Source of the DNA: the human T2T-CHM13v2.0 reference genome, Homo sapiens
NCBI RefSeq assembly: GCF_009914755.1
Contig: NC_060936.1
Length of the DNA stretch: 64,000 bases
Direction: 5' to 3' (one strand)
Part shown: piece by piece, positions 26,977 to 41,045 of the stretch
Numbering within the stretch: the first letter of the stretch is position 1
Layout of the letters: every line of letters starts with the position of its first letter
Program-made: the position numbers and the translations under genes
The notes under the pieces: model-generated
What the model saw: the letters and a program-made list of their open reading frames with translations, nothing else
What the model was told of the DNA's origin: nothing
Databases searched by the model: none

Positions 26977-27308
26977 GGCCTGGCACAGTGGCCCATGCCC
27001 ATAATCCCGGTACTTTTGGAGGCCGAGGAGGGTGGATCATTTGAGTTCAGGAGTTCGAGACCAGCCTGGCCAACATGGTGAAACTCTCTCTCTACTAAAA
27101 AAAAAAAAAAAAAAAAAAAAATAGCTGGGTGTTGTGGTGCACACCTGTAATCCTGGCTACTCAGGAGGCTGAAGTAGGAGAATCACTTGAACTTGGGAGG
27201 TGGAGGTTGCAGTGAGTTGAGATTGTGCCACACACTCCAGCCTGGGCAACAGAGTGAGACTCTGTCTCAAAAAAAAAAAAAAAAAAGAAAAAAGAAAAAA
27301 GAAAAAAA
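26977..27308 (+). mobile_element. Alu SINE (AluS) in L1
   Basis: Full dimer, long internal and terminal A tracts; ATTCTA duplicated. Confidence 0.95.
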
Positions 27309-27891
27309 GTTATTCTATTTTTAGTTTTTAAAGAAATTTCCATACTGTTTTTTATAGTGGCTCTAGTAGTTTACATTCTCACCAACAGCGTATAAGAGTT
27401 CTCTTTTCTATTCATCCTTGCCAACATCTGTTATTTTTGTCTTTTTAATAAAGCCATTCTGACTGGTGTAAGATTATATCTCATTGTGATGCTGATGTAC
27501 AATTCTCTGATGATTAATCTTATAAATTATTCCTAGCTATTGAAAATGGGGTTGCCATCTTGATTGAGTATTTTTTCATTTACCTGTTGGCTGTATGTAT
27601 GTCTTCTTTGTAGAAATATCTAGTCATATCCTTTGCCCACTTTCTAATGGGATTGTTTGTTGTTTTCATCTCGAATTGTTTGAGTTCCTTTTATATTCTG
27701 GATATTATTCCCTGTCAGATGAACAGTTTGCAGATTTTTCTTCCATTCAACAGGGTGTCTCTTCACTGTGTTGACTATTTCTTTTGCTGTGCAGAATCTT
27801 TTTAGTTTGATTAGGTCCCATTTATTTATTTTCTTTTCATTGCCTTGCTTTTGAGGTCTTATAAATTCTTTGCCTGGGCCAGTGTCCATGA

Positions 27892-28242
<351 letters not shown>

Positions 28243-28614
28243 TTTTATTTATTTTTGTTTTGTTTTGTTTTGTTTGTTTTTTGACAGGGTCTAATTTTGT
28301 CAACCAGACTGGAGTGCAGTTGTGTGATCACAACTCACTGCAACCTCTATCTCCCTGAGCTCAAGCAATACTCCTACCTCAGCCTCCTGAGCAGCTGGAA
28401 CTGCAGGCACACCCTGCCATATCAAGCTATTTTATTTTATTTTTTTGTACTTTTTGTAGAAATGTGGTTTCTTGAACTGGTCTTGAACTCCTGGGTTTAA
28501 ACAATCCACCTTTCTCAGCCTCCCAAAGTGCTGGGATTCTACTTTTAATTTTTAAAGAAATTTAAAACTAAAATTTTAAATAGGCTGAGAACAGGTGTGA
28601 GCCACCACAACTGG
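28243..28614 (-). mobile_element. Alu SINE (AluJ-like) with a 52 bp foreign insert
   Basis: (TTTTG)n tail, GAGCTCAAGCAAT; GCTGGGATT[insert]ACAGGTGTGAGCCACC. Confidence 0.9.
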
Positions 28615-29448
28615 TGAGGACTTTTATCATGAAGAAATGTTAAATTTTATAAAATGTTTTTTCTGCATCTATTGAGATGATCATATGATGCATCACATTT
28701 ACTTATTTGCATATTTTAAACCATCCTGGTATAAATCCCAACTAATGGTGGTATATTATCTTTTTGATGGGCTGTTGGATTTGGTTTGCTAGTACTTTGT
28801 TGAGAATTTTTGCCTTTATATTCATCAGGGATAGTAGCCTGATGTTTTCTTTTTTTTTTTTTTTTGGTTGTGTCCTTGTCTGATTTGAGGATCGGGGTAT
28901 TGCTGGCCTCATAGAACAAGTTAGGGAGAATTTCTTCCTCTTCAATTTTTTTGTAATAGTTTCAGGAGAATTGATATTAGTTTGTCTTTGTATGTTGGAT
29001 AGAATTCAGCTGTGAATCCCACTGGTCCCAGGCATTTCTTTTTTGGGAGACTTTTTATTACTGATTGAGTCTCACTACTTGTTTATTGATCTGTTTGGGT
29101 TTTCTTTGTCTTTCTGATTCAGTCTTTGTGGGTTGTATGTTTCCAGGAACTTACCCATTTCCCATATGTTTTCTAGTTTTTCAGAATATAGTTATTCATA
29201 ATACTCTCTGATGACCTTTCATGTATCTGTGGTATCTGTTTTAATGCCTCCTTTTCCATTTCTGATTTGTTTATTTGGGTGTTTTCTTTTCTTTTTTAGT
29301 TTGACTAGCAGTTTTTCAGTTTTGTTTATCTTTTCAATGAACTAACTTTTCATTCCACTGATTCTTTGCATTTTTTAAGCTCTATTTCACTTAGGTCTGT
29401 TCTGATCTGTGTTACTTCCTTTCTTCTGATAATTTGGGGTTTGGTTAG

Positions 29449-29762
<314 letters not shown>

Positions 29763-30609
29763 TGGTTATATCTTCTGTTTCTAACTCCTTGAGGTGCATT
29801 GTTAGATTGTTAGTTTGTAATCTTTCTGCTTTTTTGATGTAGGCATTTATTGTTATAAACTTTCCTCCTAGCACCTCTTTTACTGTATCACACAGGTTCT
29901 GGTATGTTGTGTTTCCATATTTATTTGTCTCCAGAAATTTTTTGATTTCCATCTTAATTTCTTTATTGACCCAATTGTCATTCAAAAACATGTTGCTTAA
30001 TTTTCATGTATGTGTACAGTTTCCAGAGTTCCTCTTGGTATTAATTTCTGGTTTTATTCCATTGTAGTCTGAGAGGTTACTTGACATGATTTTAAGTTTT
30101 TAAATTTGTTGAGACTGATTTTGTAGCCTAACATATGGTCTATCCTGGAGAATGCTCCATGCGCCAAAGAAAAGAATGTATATTCTTCAGTTGTTGGATA
30201 GAATGTTCTCTAAACATCTGTTAGGTCCATTTGGTCTAAAGTTTAGTTTAAATCCAATGTTTCTTTGTTGATTTTCTGTCTAGATGCTAATGCTAATGCT
30301 GAGAGTGAAGTACTGAAGTTTCCCCACTCTAATTATATTCCAGTCTATCTCTCTCTTTAGAGCTAGTAATATTTATTATGAATCTGGGTGATCCAGTGTT
30401 AACCCTACTAAATTTTTCTGATAGTTTATCTTTAAGCTCCTCTCCTTCACATGGGTTGGGCTGGGCAAGAGTGAAGGTGGACATAGAAAAACCTCTCCCA
30501 AAAACATCATTTCTTACACTTTTATTTCTCTGTTGATCTGATATATGGAAGAGGAAGGGTGCTTTGAATTGAATGGGCCCAGTGCTATTATTTTTAGATA
30601 GTATAGGGA

Positions 30610-30988
30610 TGATATGGTTTGACTCTGTGTCCCCACTGAAATCTTATCTCAAATTGTAATCCCCATAATCCCTATGTGTCAAGGACAGGTCCAGGTGGAG
30701 GTAATTGGATCATGGGGGTAGTTTCTCCCATGCTGTTCTCATGATAGTGAGTGAGTTCTTGTGAGATCTGATGGTTTTATAAGCATCTGGCATTTCCCCT
30801 ACACATACTCACTCCGCCTTGCTGCCATGTAAAGAAGGTGACTGCTTCTCGTTTGCCTTCTGCCATGATTGTAAGTTTCCTGAGGCCTCCCCAGCAATCC
30901 ATAACTATGAGTCAATTAAACCTCTTCCCTTTGTCAATTATCCAGTCTCAAGTATTTCTTCCTAGCCGAGTGAGAACAGACTAATATA
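30610..30988 (+). mobile_element. THE1 (THE1D-like) MaLR solo LTR
   Basis: TGATATGGTTTGACTCTGTGTCCCCAC...GAGAACAGACTAATATA. Confidence 0.9.
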
Positions 30989-31489
30989 ATGGCTTTCTTT
31001 AGAGTATGGGAATATGCAGTTAACTTCTATTTCATCTTCAAATCTTAGCTATAATTCTGGCCCAATAAAAACATATTACTCTCATATGTAAACATGAGAT
31101 CTTATAACATATAATATCATATCATATTTGCCTCAGTAGATTGCAATTGGATTGAAAGAAGAAAGTCAAAACTATCCTATTATTTGTCACATTCTACATA
31201 GGCAGCTGGGAACTTAAGCAGTGACTATGCTGGGTAGCTTAACTTCTAATGAGGAGCAACAGCCCAGGGTGCAGGGAATTCCTAACTTTAGACCCAGCTA
31301 GGTTTCCTTTACTATTAGTAAACCCTGCCTAAACGTTCATATGCAGGTAGTCTGTTTCTCTGAAATAAAGGATATCACAATAATTAAAATCTGTTAATAT
31401 ATGTGAAGTTCTTAGAACAGCACTTGACACATAGTAAGTACAAATATAATGAATTCTTATAATTGTATGTTGCTTCAACATCCATTTTG

Positions 31490-32620
31490 AATGTAAATGG
31501 CTTGACTTTCCATATTCAATGAGTTAATAGGTTTGACTTCCTCATACAAGAGGCAGAGCTTAGTCACCCTTGACAGAGTTTTCAGTTCTCCACCTCTTCC
31601 CAGTTTTTCAAGGTGTTTCATTCAGATATCTGTCTCATTAACTGCCTCCTGGTGACTACTTCCCTACGAGATAGTTACATTCAACCTACTTGCTCTACCC
31701 ACTCCCACATGTGGCATGTGCTTTGTAGATAGGCCACAGTGACCACCTTTCAGTCACTGCAGGACTGCATCAAACTGCCCACTTGCTCTTAAACCCACCA
31801 GTTGTAACTCCCCACCGGAAATCTACCTAGGAAATGGCCTGAACCCCAATAAAGTCTTTGGACCTCAGGTCTCTTACTCTATCTCTCTTGCTCCCCACTT
31901 GACAGTTGAGTGTGTGTCCTGGACTCCCTCCTTCCTGTCGGTCCTGAAAAATGTGCTGCTCTCTTCTCTCTAGGGTATATGTGAGTAATAAAACTGCTTC
32001 TATTATTCCATGTGATATAGTTTGGCTGTGTCCCTACCCAAATTTCATCTTGAATTGTAGCTCCCACAATTCCCACATGTTGTGGGAGGGACCCAGTGGG
32101 AGGTAATTGAATCTTGGGGGTGGGTCTTTCCTGTGCTGTTCTCGTGATAGTGAATAAGTCTCACGAGATCTGATGGTTTTAAAAAGGGGAGTTTCCCTGC
32201 ACAAGCTCTCTCTTTGCCTGCTGTCATCCATGTAAGGCGTGACTTGTTCCTCCTTGCCTTCCATCATAATTGTGAGGCCTCCCATCCATGTGGAACTGTG
32301 AGTCCATTAAACATCTACCCTGTATAAGTTACCCAGTCTCTGGTATGTCTTTATTAGCAGTGTGAAAACGGATTAATATACCATGTGTTTTGTTGTGCTG
32401 CCTCTTCTGCATCTCACACGACCAACATACCCGAACCTAACTTCTTTTCCAGTCAGGGCTCTCCTACAGAGTGGCTATCTTGGTAGGAATAAACTATTCA
32501 CAGGTCTGGTGAGAGTCACAAGGGCATTTGCCAGTGTAAATAAGTTTCCTGTGAGAAGAACAATTGGACACGGGTCAGACACTTTAGCAAGTTAAGTATT
32601 CTGACAAAAGATAAAGGTCA
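31490..32620 (+). mobile_element. ERVL LTR (MER54-like), interrupted by THE1
   Basis: GCTTAGTCACCCTTGACA, GTGAGTAATAAAACTGC, GTCAGGGCTCTCCTACAGAGTGGCTATCTTGG; boundaries approximate. Confidence 0.6.
32013..32380 (+). mobile_element. THE1B-like MaLR solo LTR
   Basis: TGATATAGTTTGGCTGTGTCCC...GAAAACGGATTAATATA, flanked by perfect 5 bp TSD CCATG. Confidence 0.93.
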
Positions 32621-32730
32621 GGATAAAAATGAAATTAGAGAAAAAAAATACAACTCAATAAATGTTAGCTGTTAAGTATAGCTTTGTCTACCCAAAATAC
32701 TTCTCTAATTATCTTATTTCGGTAAAACAC

Positions 32731-33205
32731 TGTTGTAGATTGCAAAAGCAGCCCAATTTTCTGTTCCTCTGTGTATAAATGCCTTTTACAATGATCAAGA
32801 GGTAGAGACTTTTCCCCCAGTTGCTGACTCTGGGCTGGGCTAGTGACTTGTTTTGGCCAATAGAATGTGATAGAAATTACATTTTGCCTGTCTGAGCCTA
32901 ACTCTCAGAAGGTCTTGTGGACTTTTGCTCTCTCTTGAGATTTTTTCCTCTATTATGAGAACAAGCCCAAACTAGCCTACTGAGGGTAATAGACCATGGG
33001 GAAAAAAGCTGAGTCACTTCAATTGGAAGTCAGCCAACCCCAGAAACAGAGCTGCTTAGCTGATGTTCAATTGATTACAGGCACATGGGGAGGCCCAGCC
33101 AGTCAAACCCAGAACAGCCCGGCTGAGCTCAGCCTAATTCTGTGACTTTCAGGATGAGTAACAAAATAAATGATTCTTATTTTAAGTCAAAATTTTGGAG
33201 AGCAA
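32731..33205 (+). mobile_element. MLT1 (G/H-like) MaLR LTR
   Basis: TGTTGTAGATTGCAAAA start; GTGACTTGTTTTGGCCAATAGAATG; AATAAATGATT..TTTTAAG. Confidence 0.75.
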
Positions 33206-35767
33206 TCTTCCTCTTGTCAATGTCTATCTCAGTGCTATTTCAGACTCCTTTCGTACTGTCAAATCTCACTCAACTTTTAGCATCTATTTCAATTGGCATC
33301 TCTTCCAAGAAGATTTTTCTAATTTCCTCAAGTGATGTGTTATCTCCCCTATAATTGAACCCCATTTTGATATTTGTGTCCCTTTTTAGCTTTTTTTTTA
33401 ACTTGTTTTCTATTAGAGGTGTTAGTGTCCTACTCATCTTGCTTTTCCTACAGCTAGTAAGTGGACATCCAGGAGGTACAAGGATATATCCCAGACCTGG
33501 CCAGTCATGCTACCATTTCCCATAATAATCTCCTTAAGAAGTGAGCACCAGACCCAAGTCATTCAGATACTACCTGTAAGATATAGGCACTGAGGGAAAG
33601 AGTCTGGTTTTTCTTTTAGATGAAGAGCTATAAGAATGGAATCGAGACTAGGAGAGGAACATCCAAAGGAGAGAAAATGACTGCAGTGGGAGAGAACAAG
33701 AGCTACGATCAAAAAGAGGAGAGACAAGCAGCACTGAGGAAGACAGAAGGGTAAGAAGAGGTAAGAATTCTATCAACACTGAGATACTGAGACCTGGATC
33801 TGTCCTGTTTTGGAAGTAATTGATTCTCTCTCTCTTTTTTTTTTCTTCTCAAGCTCAAGTGAGTTGTGTTTTGGTTAATTGCAAAAAGAAAAGAATCCTA
33901 AGCTTCTTGTGAACTGAGGCAGGTTAATATGAATGATTCTCCAGTGCTATATCACCTATAGATATGTTGACTACATAATGTATTATCTATATTGGGACAC
34001 TTCTGAGAGCAAAATGGAGTGCTAGTAATAATTATTCTGAAAAACCTAGTGCTAAATGAGACTGTCTCTTTGGGTTTCCCAGAAAAAAATCAGAAAAGCT
34101 GGATCTTCAAAGCTGAGGATTAGATGCTGGATTGTTGTGTTACAAAAATCCAGGTCTAGACCTTCTATGGGTCCCTTCTTTGTAGCAGACAGTCAGCCTC
34201 TCACCCTTACAACCCTATTATCTACAAAAATACAGCTAATAAACAAAAACTCACAGGAAGCAAAGATTTATGGAACAGGTAGCAATTAAACTCTTTGGAA
34301 CTACGTTGTGTTTGTGTGGGATAGTTCTTGAATTTGTGTTTGTAATCACTATAACTTAAAGGAAGAAAAAAATTAGGTATTAGTTCTCATGTATGATAAT
34401 TTTCCTTCAAGATATTATGTTTTCTATCCTTGGTGTCGGGGAGGCAGTAGAAGTAGCAAATTAATATAATGTTTAAGTTAGTTGTTGAATATATATGGTA
34501 TATAAAAGTTAAAACTCAGATAAAACTTTGTGTTAGCAACACAGATGAACACAATGTGGGCTAAAGCTGAAGAAATGTTTTGATTTCGATGATCACCTTT
34601 TATCTTCCTCTATAGGCTACAGCTGAGACAACAGTAATTAATCTCACAATCTCCTGTACCTGATATAATGGCTTAGGGGCAGAGGAGAACTACTGTAGTG
34701 TAAGTGGGGCTTGTGTTCTGATGGGCAATGGCAATAGGCAGGACCATTAATACAGACTCAGGCATATGGAAGTAGTATTATTGTGCCCACCTTGCTAATT
34801 TAAAACTCACTTTACACTTTAGAATTTCTCCCATGAAATAAGCAACGAAATATGTATCTACAGTAAAGTCATTTGGTGGGGGGATTGGGTATTTAATATT
34901 AATATGGTTAATATTTACATTAACCTCTACATTCATCCTGAGGATAAGAATAAGATCAGAACAACCAGGGAATAAGAGATAAGGATGACCACTTTTATCT
35001 TTACATTCTTTATCTCCTCTTTGTAGAAATAATAATAATAATAATTAAAGCTCTTTTCTTTCTTAGAAGTGTGTGGTGTTGAGTTCTCAACCCAGATGAA
35101 CTTTGTGAGTGAGCTATAGAGAACTGAGATAGACCCAAGATAATCCAGCAGCCATTCTATAAAGTTGAGAGGTGAAAGAAAATTTCTTTTAAGTAATATT
35201 AAGTACCCACTTGGTAGGTAATTACTATAGGAGAAATTAAAATGACAAAGACACAAATGGGTCCACTACAAGACAAGCTAAGAAAAATGCTAAAGAGGGG
35301 TTACAAATAACAAATATCACAGTGGGGTTTGATGATGGAATAGATAACGTCACGTCTGAAAAAAATTAGAAAAACCTCCTTGGAAAAGAAGCTATTTGAA
35401 ATGGGCCTTTTATGTTGGGGATTTTTTTCTGAGGAATGAAAGAGGCATTTCAGGAATAATCAAAATCTAAGAAGAAAGAAAGTTTGGGACAGTTTCCAGG
35501 AATAGGTAGTGGTCAATTTCGACTGCAAGATTAATAAGGCTAGAAAAGCAGTGCCATTTAGTAGGGAAATACACATTCCAAACCATATTACTCCCTAATG
35601 TTAGTTAGCATGTTAGCCTATCACTGAACTTTGCTCAGTCCCTCATCCCCTCATCGCACACACACACACACACACACACACCACATTCTCAGCAAATACT
35701 TTGAAATTTGTTGGTCATAATCTGATGTAGTCATGGTAGATATTTTGTACTGTAGAGCTGTGCTAGT

Positions 35768-36154
35768 TGTTAAGTTTAGCCTAAAGCTGCCTCCTTACAT
35801 ATTTAAAATTCAGCCTAAAGATTTCTCCATACACAGTGAACTATAACCTAACCTAAATTGACATGTAAACACACTGTAACCTACTCTTATGGCAATCATC
35901 AAGTTCCATCTATTAAAACTATGTTCAAATAGGGTAAATGCTGAGCTGTACATGATCTGGCTGTTCCTGTACCTCACTTCCATTTTCTGTAGGTCATTTT
36001 CCTTATTCTGCCCCTAAGTCTTCTTCCATCACACAGCTGTGCTGGAGTCTCTCTAAGCCTACTCTTGCTTGGGAGGCTGCTCAATTCCTGAAATATTCTT
36101 TGTTCAATTGAACTCTATCAAATTTGATTTGTCTAAGGTTTTTTTCTGTTTACA
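35768..36154 (+). mobile_element. MER57-type ERV1 5' LTR
   Basis: TGTTAAGTTTAGCCTAAAGCTGCCTCCTTACATATT...TTTACA, followed by the GATGATGTCAGAAGTGGGATCC PBS-like start of the internal region. Confidence 0.8.
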
Positions 36155-36969
36155 GATGATGTCAGAAGTGGGATCCAAAGAAAAGCTTCCAGTGACCCCC
36201 AGGAGCACTGAGTGACCAAGCAAGGTACCTGCTGGGCCCATTGTATCCATTGTCTTCTTGTTGAAACTGGGGATTATTGGTTAGTTCTCCCTTGAATTCT
36301 GAAGCCCCACAGATTTGTGTTTTGAGGCATTCTGAGTTTGAGCAAATTTCTGATCCAAACTGGGTTGGAAGTTGCAGCATAAATTCGGCTGGGCCCAGAA
36401 TCAGATTGGCTCTGTTAATTAACTGAATTGGATCTAGTTAGAGGTCTTAGGTGTCTGACTGGCTCAGAGAGAAACTAGGATTAAATGGTTATACTACAGG
36501 GGATGCAAACTTCAGCTTTCATACATTTACAGAGATTTTTGTCAATTTTTCCTGGGCATTTGGGTATGGAAAAATTATTAAGTTGATCAAGGAGATCTGA
36601 GAGTCAAAGCCAAGATTCAGAGTAAAAATGGGATCCTTAATTTCTTAAGAACTGAGTAATCTACCTTCCAGCTATGCCTACATTTACACATGAAAAGTAT
36701 TAGGCCCCAGAAGCAGCAAATGGTTATAGAAATGGCAAAATCTTACTAAAGATAGTTTAAAATTAGAGTGGAACATTCCAAGTGAACAACATTGCACTTT
36801 AAGAAGTGCATTTGAAAGTGAGGGCCCCCTAATTAGTCTCATCCACGGAGGAGTCTTTTTTTATTTATTTTTTAAACAAGAAAAGACTTTTGCTTAAAGG
36901 CAAATAAAAAGCTCAAGCAACTAATTGAGAAGAAAAATGGAAACTGCTAACATTTTCACTTAGTTACTA

Positions 36970-37449
36970 TGATGGTTAATACTGAGTATCAACTTGATTG
37001 GATTGATCCTGGGTATGTCTGTGAGGGTGTTGCCAAAGAAAATTAACATTTGAGTTAGTGAGCTGGGAAAAGCAGACCCACCCTTAATCTGCGTGGGCAC
37101 CATCTAATCAGCTGCCAGAATGGCTAGAATATAAAGCAGGCAGAAAAAACAAAAAACAAAAAACAAACAAACAAACAAAAAAAATGTGAAAAGACTAGAC
37201 TGGCCTAGCCTCCCAGCCTACATCTTTCTCCCATGCTGGACCCTTCTTGTCCTTGAACATTGGACTACAAGTTCTTCAGTTTTGGGGACTCAAACTGGCT
37301 TTCCTTGCTCCTCAGCTTGCAGACGGCCTATTGTGTGACCTTGTGATCATGTGAATTAATACTTAGTAAACTCTCATACACAAACACACACACACACACA
37401 CACACATATTCTATTAGTTCTGTCCCTCTAGAGAACCCTGATTAAGGCC
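36970..37449 (+). mobile_element. MLT2A (HERV-L) solo LTR
   Basis: TGATGGTTAATACTGAGT..CAACTTGATTGGATTGA...GTTCTGTCCCTCTAGAGAACCCTGA; GTTACTA repeated at both ends. Confidence 0.9.
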
Positions 37450-37816
37450 GTTACTATTCCATCCCAAAGGTGAAAAGAAAGCTATCCTAGATAATGTCTT
37501 TAGAAAAAGAAGATACTCAGTAAAGTAGGCTTGCTTCTTTTTCAGATCTATCCATACTGAGTTCAGGTATAGAGAATGCTTTCTTTGTCCTATTCCTTAA
37601 TGTACTCCACCCCGAACTCAGTAATTTTAGCTAAGAAAGAGCAGCTGAATTAAAAAGATCATCTATCAAACTAAAACACACCTACCTGGCACTTAACCAG
37701 CTATCTTGAAAGACGTTTGTAAAAGCAATTTACATCTATAAAGGAAATCTCCATTTGTAAGAGCTCTGTCTATGTACATTAGAAACTCTTAACCATTGTT
37801 TTAGGTATGACAATTC

Positions 37817-38221
37817 TTTCATGAGCGTCCCTGTGAAGAGACCACCAAACAGGCTTTGTGTGAGCAACATGGCTGTTTATTTCACCTGGGTGCAGGCGGG
37901 CTGAGTTCGAAAAGAGAGTCAGCAAAGGGAGATAGGGGTGGGGCTGTTTTGTAGGATTTGGGTAGATAAAGGAGAAGGGGGGTTGTTCTCTGGCGGGCAG
38001 GAGTTGGGGGGTCACAAGGTGCTCAGTAGGGGAGCTTTTGAGCCAGGATGAGCCAGGAGAAGGAATTTCACAAGATAATGCCATCTGTTAAGGCAGGAAC
38101 AGGCCATTTTCACTTCTTTTGTGGTGGAATGTCATCAGTTAAGGCAGGAACTGGCCACCTGGATGTGTACGTGCAGGTCACAGGAGATATGATGGCTTAG
38201 CTTGGGTTCAGAGGCCTGACA
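37817..38221 (-). mobile_element. HERV-H 3' LTR (LTR7)
   Basis: Minus strand TGTCAGGCCTCTGAACCCAAG...GGACGCTCATGAAA; AATAAA retained; preceded by purine tract ATAAGAAGACAGAAA. Confidence 0.97.
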
Positions 38222-38799
38222 TTTCTGTCTTCTTATATTAATAAGAAAAATAAAATGAAATAGTGGTAAAGTGTTGGGACGGCGAAAATTTTTGGGGATG
38301 GTATGGAGAGATAATGGGCAATGGGCTGCTTTGAGCGGGATTAGGGGCGGCGTGGGAACCTAGAGTGGAAGAGATTAAGCTGAAGGAAGATTTTGTGGTA
38401 AGGGGTGATATTGTGGGACTGTTAGAAGAAACATTTGTCATTTAGAATTATTGGTGATGGCCTGGATACGGTTTTGTATGAATTGAAAAACTAAACGGAA
38501 TAAGAGAAGGAGAAAAACAGGTATTAAAGGTCTAAGAATTGGGAGGACCCAGGACATCTAATTAGAGAGTGCCTAAGGAGATTCAGCATAGTCCTGCCAG
38601 CAAAGATTATTTATTTACTTCAAGAGTTAAGAGTGGCGGTTTGGGGATAGCACCAGGAGATATCAGCTGTGATGGCTTGGAGAAACAGTGTAAACCGGCA
38701 GTGTAAACAAGAGCAGGGCATGTATGAGTAGTTGAGAATGGTGAATAGGAGTATGACTAGAAAGAAGATAGTAGGGATGACAAGTTTTTTTGGGGCACA

Positions 38800-40600
38800 G
38801 TCTAAGTTGGTCTGGTGTCTGGAATGAGACTGGGGCCTAATAAAAAGGAGTGTCTATACAGGAGCTCAAATGGGCTGTACCTTGTAGCATTCCAAGGACA
38901 GGCCTGAATGCTGAGAAGGGAAAGTGGTAAAAGTATTGTCCAGTCTTTTTTAAGTTGGTGGCTGAGCTTGGTGAGGAGTGTTTTTAAAAGACCATTAGTT
39001 CGTTCTACCTTTCCTGAAGACTGAGGACCGTAAGGGATATAAGGGTTTCACTGAATACCAAGAGCCTGAAAAACTGCTTGGCTGATTTGACTAATAAAGG
39101 CTGGTCTGTTATCAGACTGTATAGAGGTGGGAAGGCCAAACTGAGGAATTACGTCTGACAGAAGGGAAGAAATGACCACGGTGGCCTTCTCAGACCCTGT
39201 ATGAAAGGACTCTACCTATCCAGTGAAAGTGTCTACCTAGACTAAGGTATTTTAGTTATCTGACTCGGGGCATGTGAGTAAAGTCAATTTGCCAGTCCTG
39301 GGCAGGGACAAATCTTTGAGCTTGATGTGTAGGAAAGGGAGGGGACCTGAACAATCCCTGAGGGGTAGTAGAATAGCAGATGGATCACTGATAAGTGATC
39401 TCCTTGAGGATAGATTTCCATGATGGAAAGGAAATAAGAGGTTCTAAGAGACGGGCTAGTGGCTTGTACTATAGCATAGCCTGCCTTTCCTGGTGTGTGG
39501 CGATTAGGCCGGGTGGAACTGCCATAAATAAACCAAGTGTGATCAGGGTGAGAAACAGGGAAGAAGGAAATGTGGGGAAATGGGGTGAACATCAGGTGGA
39601 TCAGAGAGATACAGTCATGTGGGTCAGGTGTGGTATCAGGAATAATGTGGGAGGCCGGATTGAAGTCCGGGCCAGGAACAATGGTAATTGTGGGACTTAA
39701 CAAAGAGTGAGTACAGCTGAAGGAGCTGGGGAGCAGAAAGTATATGCGTCAGGTATGAGGAAGAAAATAGATTTTGGAAGTTATGAGAAATGTAGAGAGT
39801 AAGTTGAGGATAGTTTGTGATTTTGAGGGCCTCTAAAAGTATTAGGGTGGCAGCAGCCGCTGCACAGAGACATGATGGCTAGGCTAAAACAGTAAGGTCA
39901 AGTTGTTTGGACAGAAAGGCTACAGGGTGCGGTCCTGGCTCTTGTGTAAGAATTCTGACTGCACTAACCATGCCTAGGAAGGAAATGAGTTGTTGCTTTG
40001 TAAGGGATTGAGGTTTGGGAGATTAATCGGACACGATCAGCAGGGAGAGCACGTGTGTTTTTATGAGAATTATGCTGAGATAGGTAACAGATAAGGAAGA
40101 AATTTAGGCTTGACTGAAGTAATGGGGGCTGTCTGTGAAGCTTTGCGGCAGTACAGCCCAGGTAATTTGCTGAGCCCGATGGGTGTCAGGGTCAGTCCAA
40201 GTGAAAGCGAAGAGAGGCTGGGATGATGGGTGCAAAGGAATAGTAAAGAAAGCATGCTTGAGATCCAGAATAGAATAATGGATTGTGGAGGGAGGTATTG
40301 AGGATAGGAGAGTATATGGGTTTGGCACCATGGGGTGGATAGGCAAAACAAATTGGTTGATAAGGCATAGATCCTGAACTAACTTCTAAGGTTTGTCTGG
40401 TTTTAGGACAGGTAAATTGGGGGAATGATAAGGAGAGTTTATAGGCTTTAAAAGGCCATGCTGTAGCAGGCGAGTGATAACAGGCTTTAATCCTTTCAAA
40501 GCATGCTGTGGGATGGGATATTGGCATTGAGCGGGGTAAGGGTGATTAGGTTTTAGTGAGATGGTAAGGGGTGCATGATCGGTCGCCAAGGAGGGAGTAG
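38800..40600 (-). pseudogene. pol: HERV-H pol remnant (RT, RNase H, integrase; deleted and frameshifted)
   Basis: YSILDLKHAFFTIPL..WAVLPQSFTDSPHYF (RT), HTWFIYGSS..AGYAIV (RNase H), WQIDFTHMP and SGKVERTNGLLK (IN) in separate frames. Confidence 0.93.
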
Positions 40601-41045
40601 AGGTATCTTATACTTGTGGGTTAAGGTGGGGGGATACAAGAGGAGGACGCAAAGGAGGCTTTGGATTGGGAAGAAGGGCAGCAATGAGATGTAGCTGTAA
40701 TCCAGGAATAGTCAGGGAAGCAGATAATTTAGTTAAAGTGTCTCGGCCTAATAAGGGAACTGGGCAGGTGGGGATAACTAAAAGGAGTGCTTAAAAGAGT
40801 ATTGTCTAAGTTGGCACCAGAGTTGGGGAGTTTTAAGAGGTTTAGAAGCCTGGCTGTCAATACCCACAACAGTTATGGAGGCAAGGGAAACAAGCCCTTG
40901 AAAATAAGGTAATGTGGAGTGGGTAATCTCCGTATTGATTAAGAAGGGGCGGACTTACCTTGCACTGTGAGAGTTACCCGAAGCTCGGCATCTGTGATGG
41001 TCTAGGGGGCTTCCAAGGCGATCGGGCAGCATCAGTCTTCAGCCG

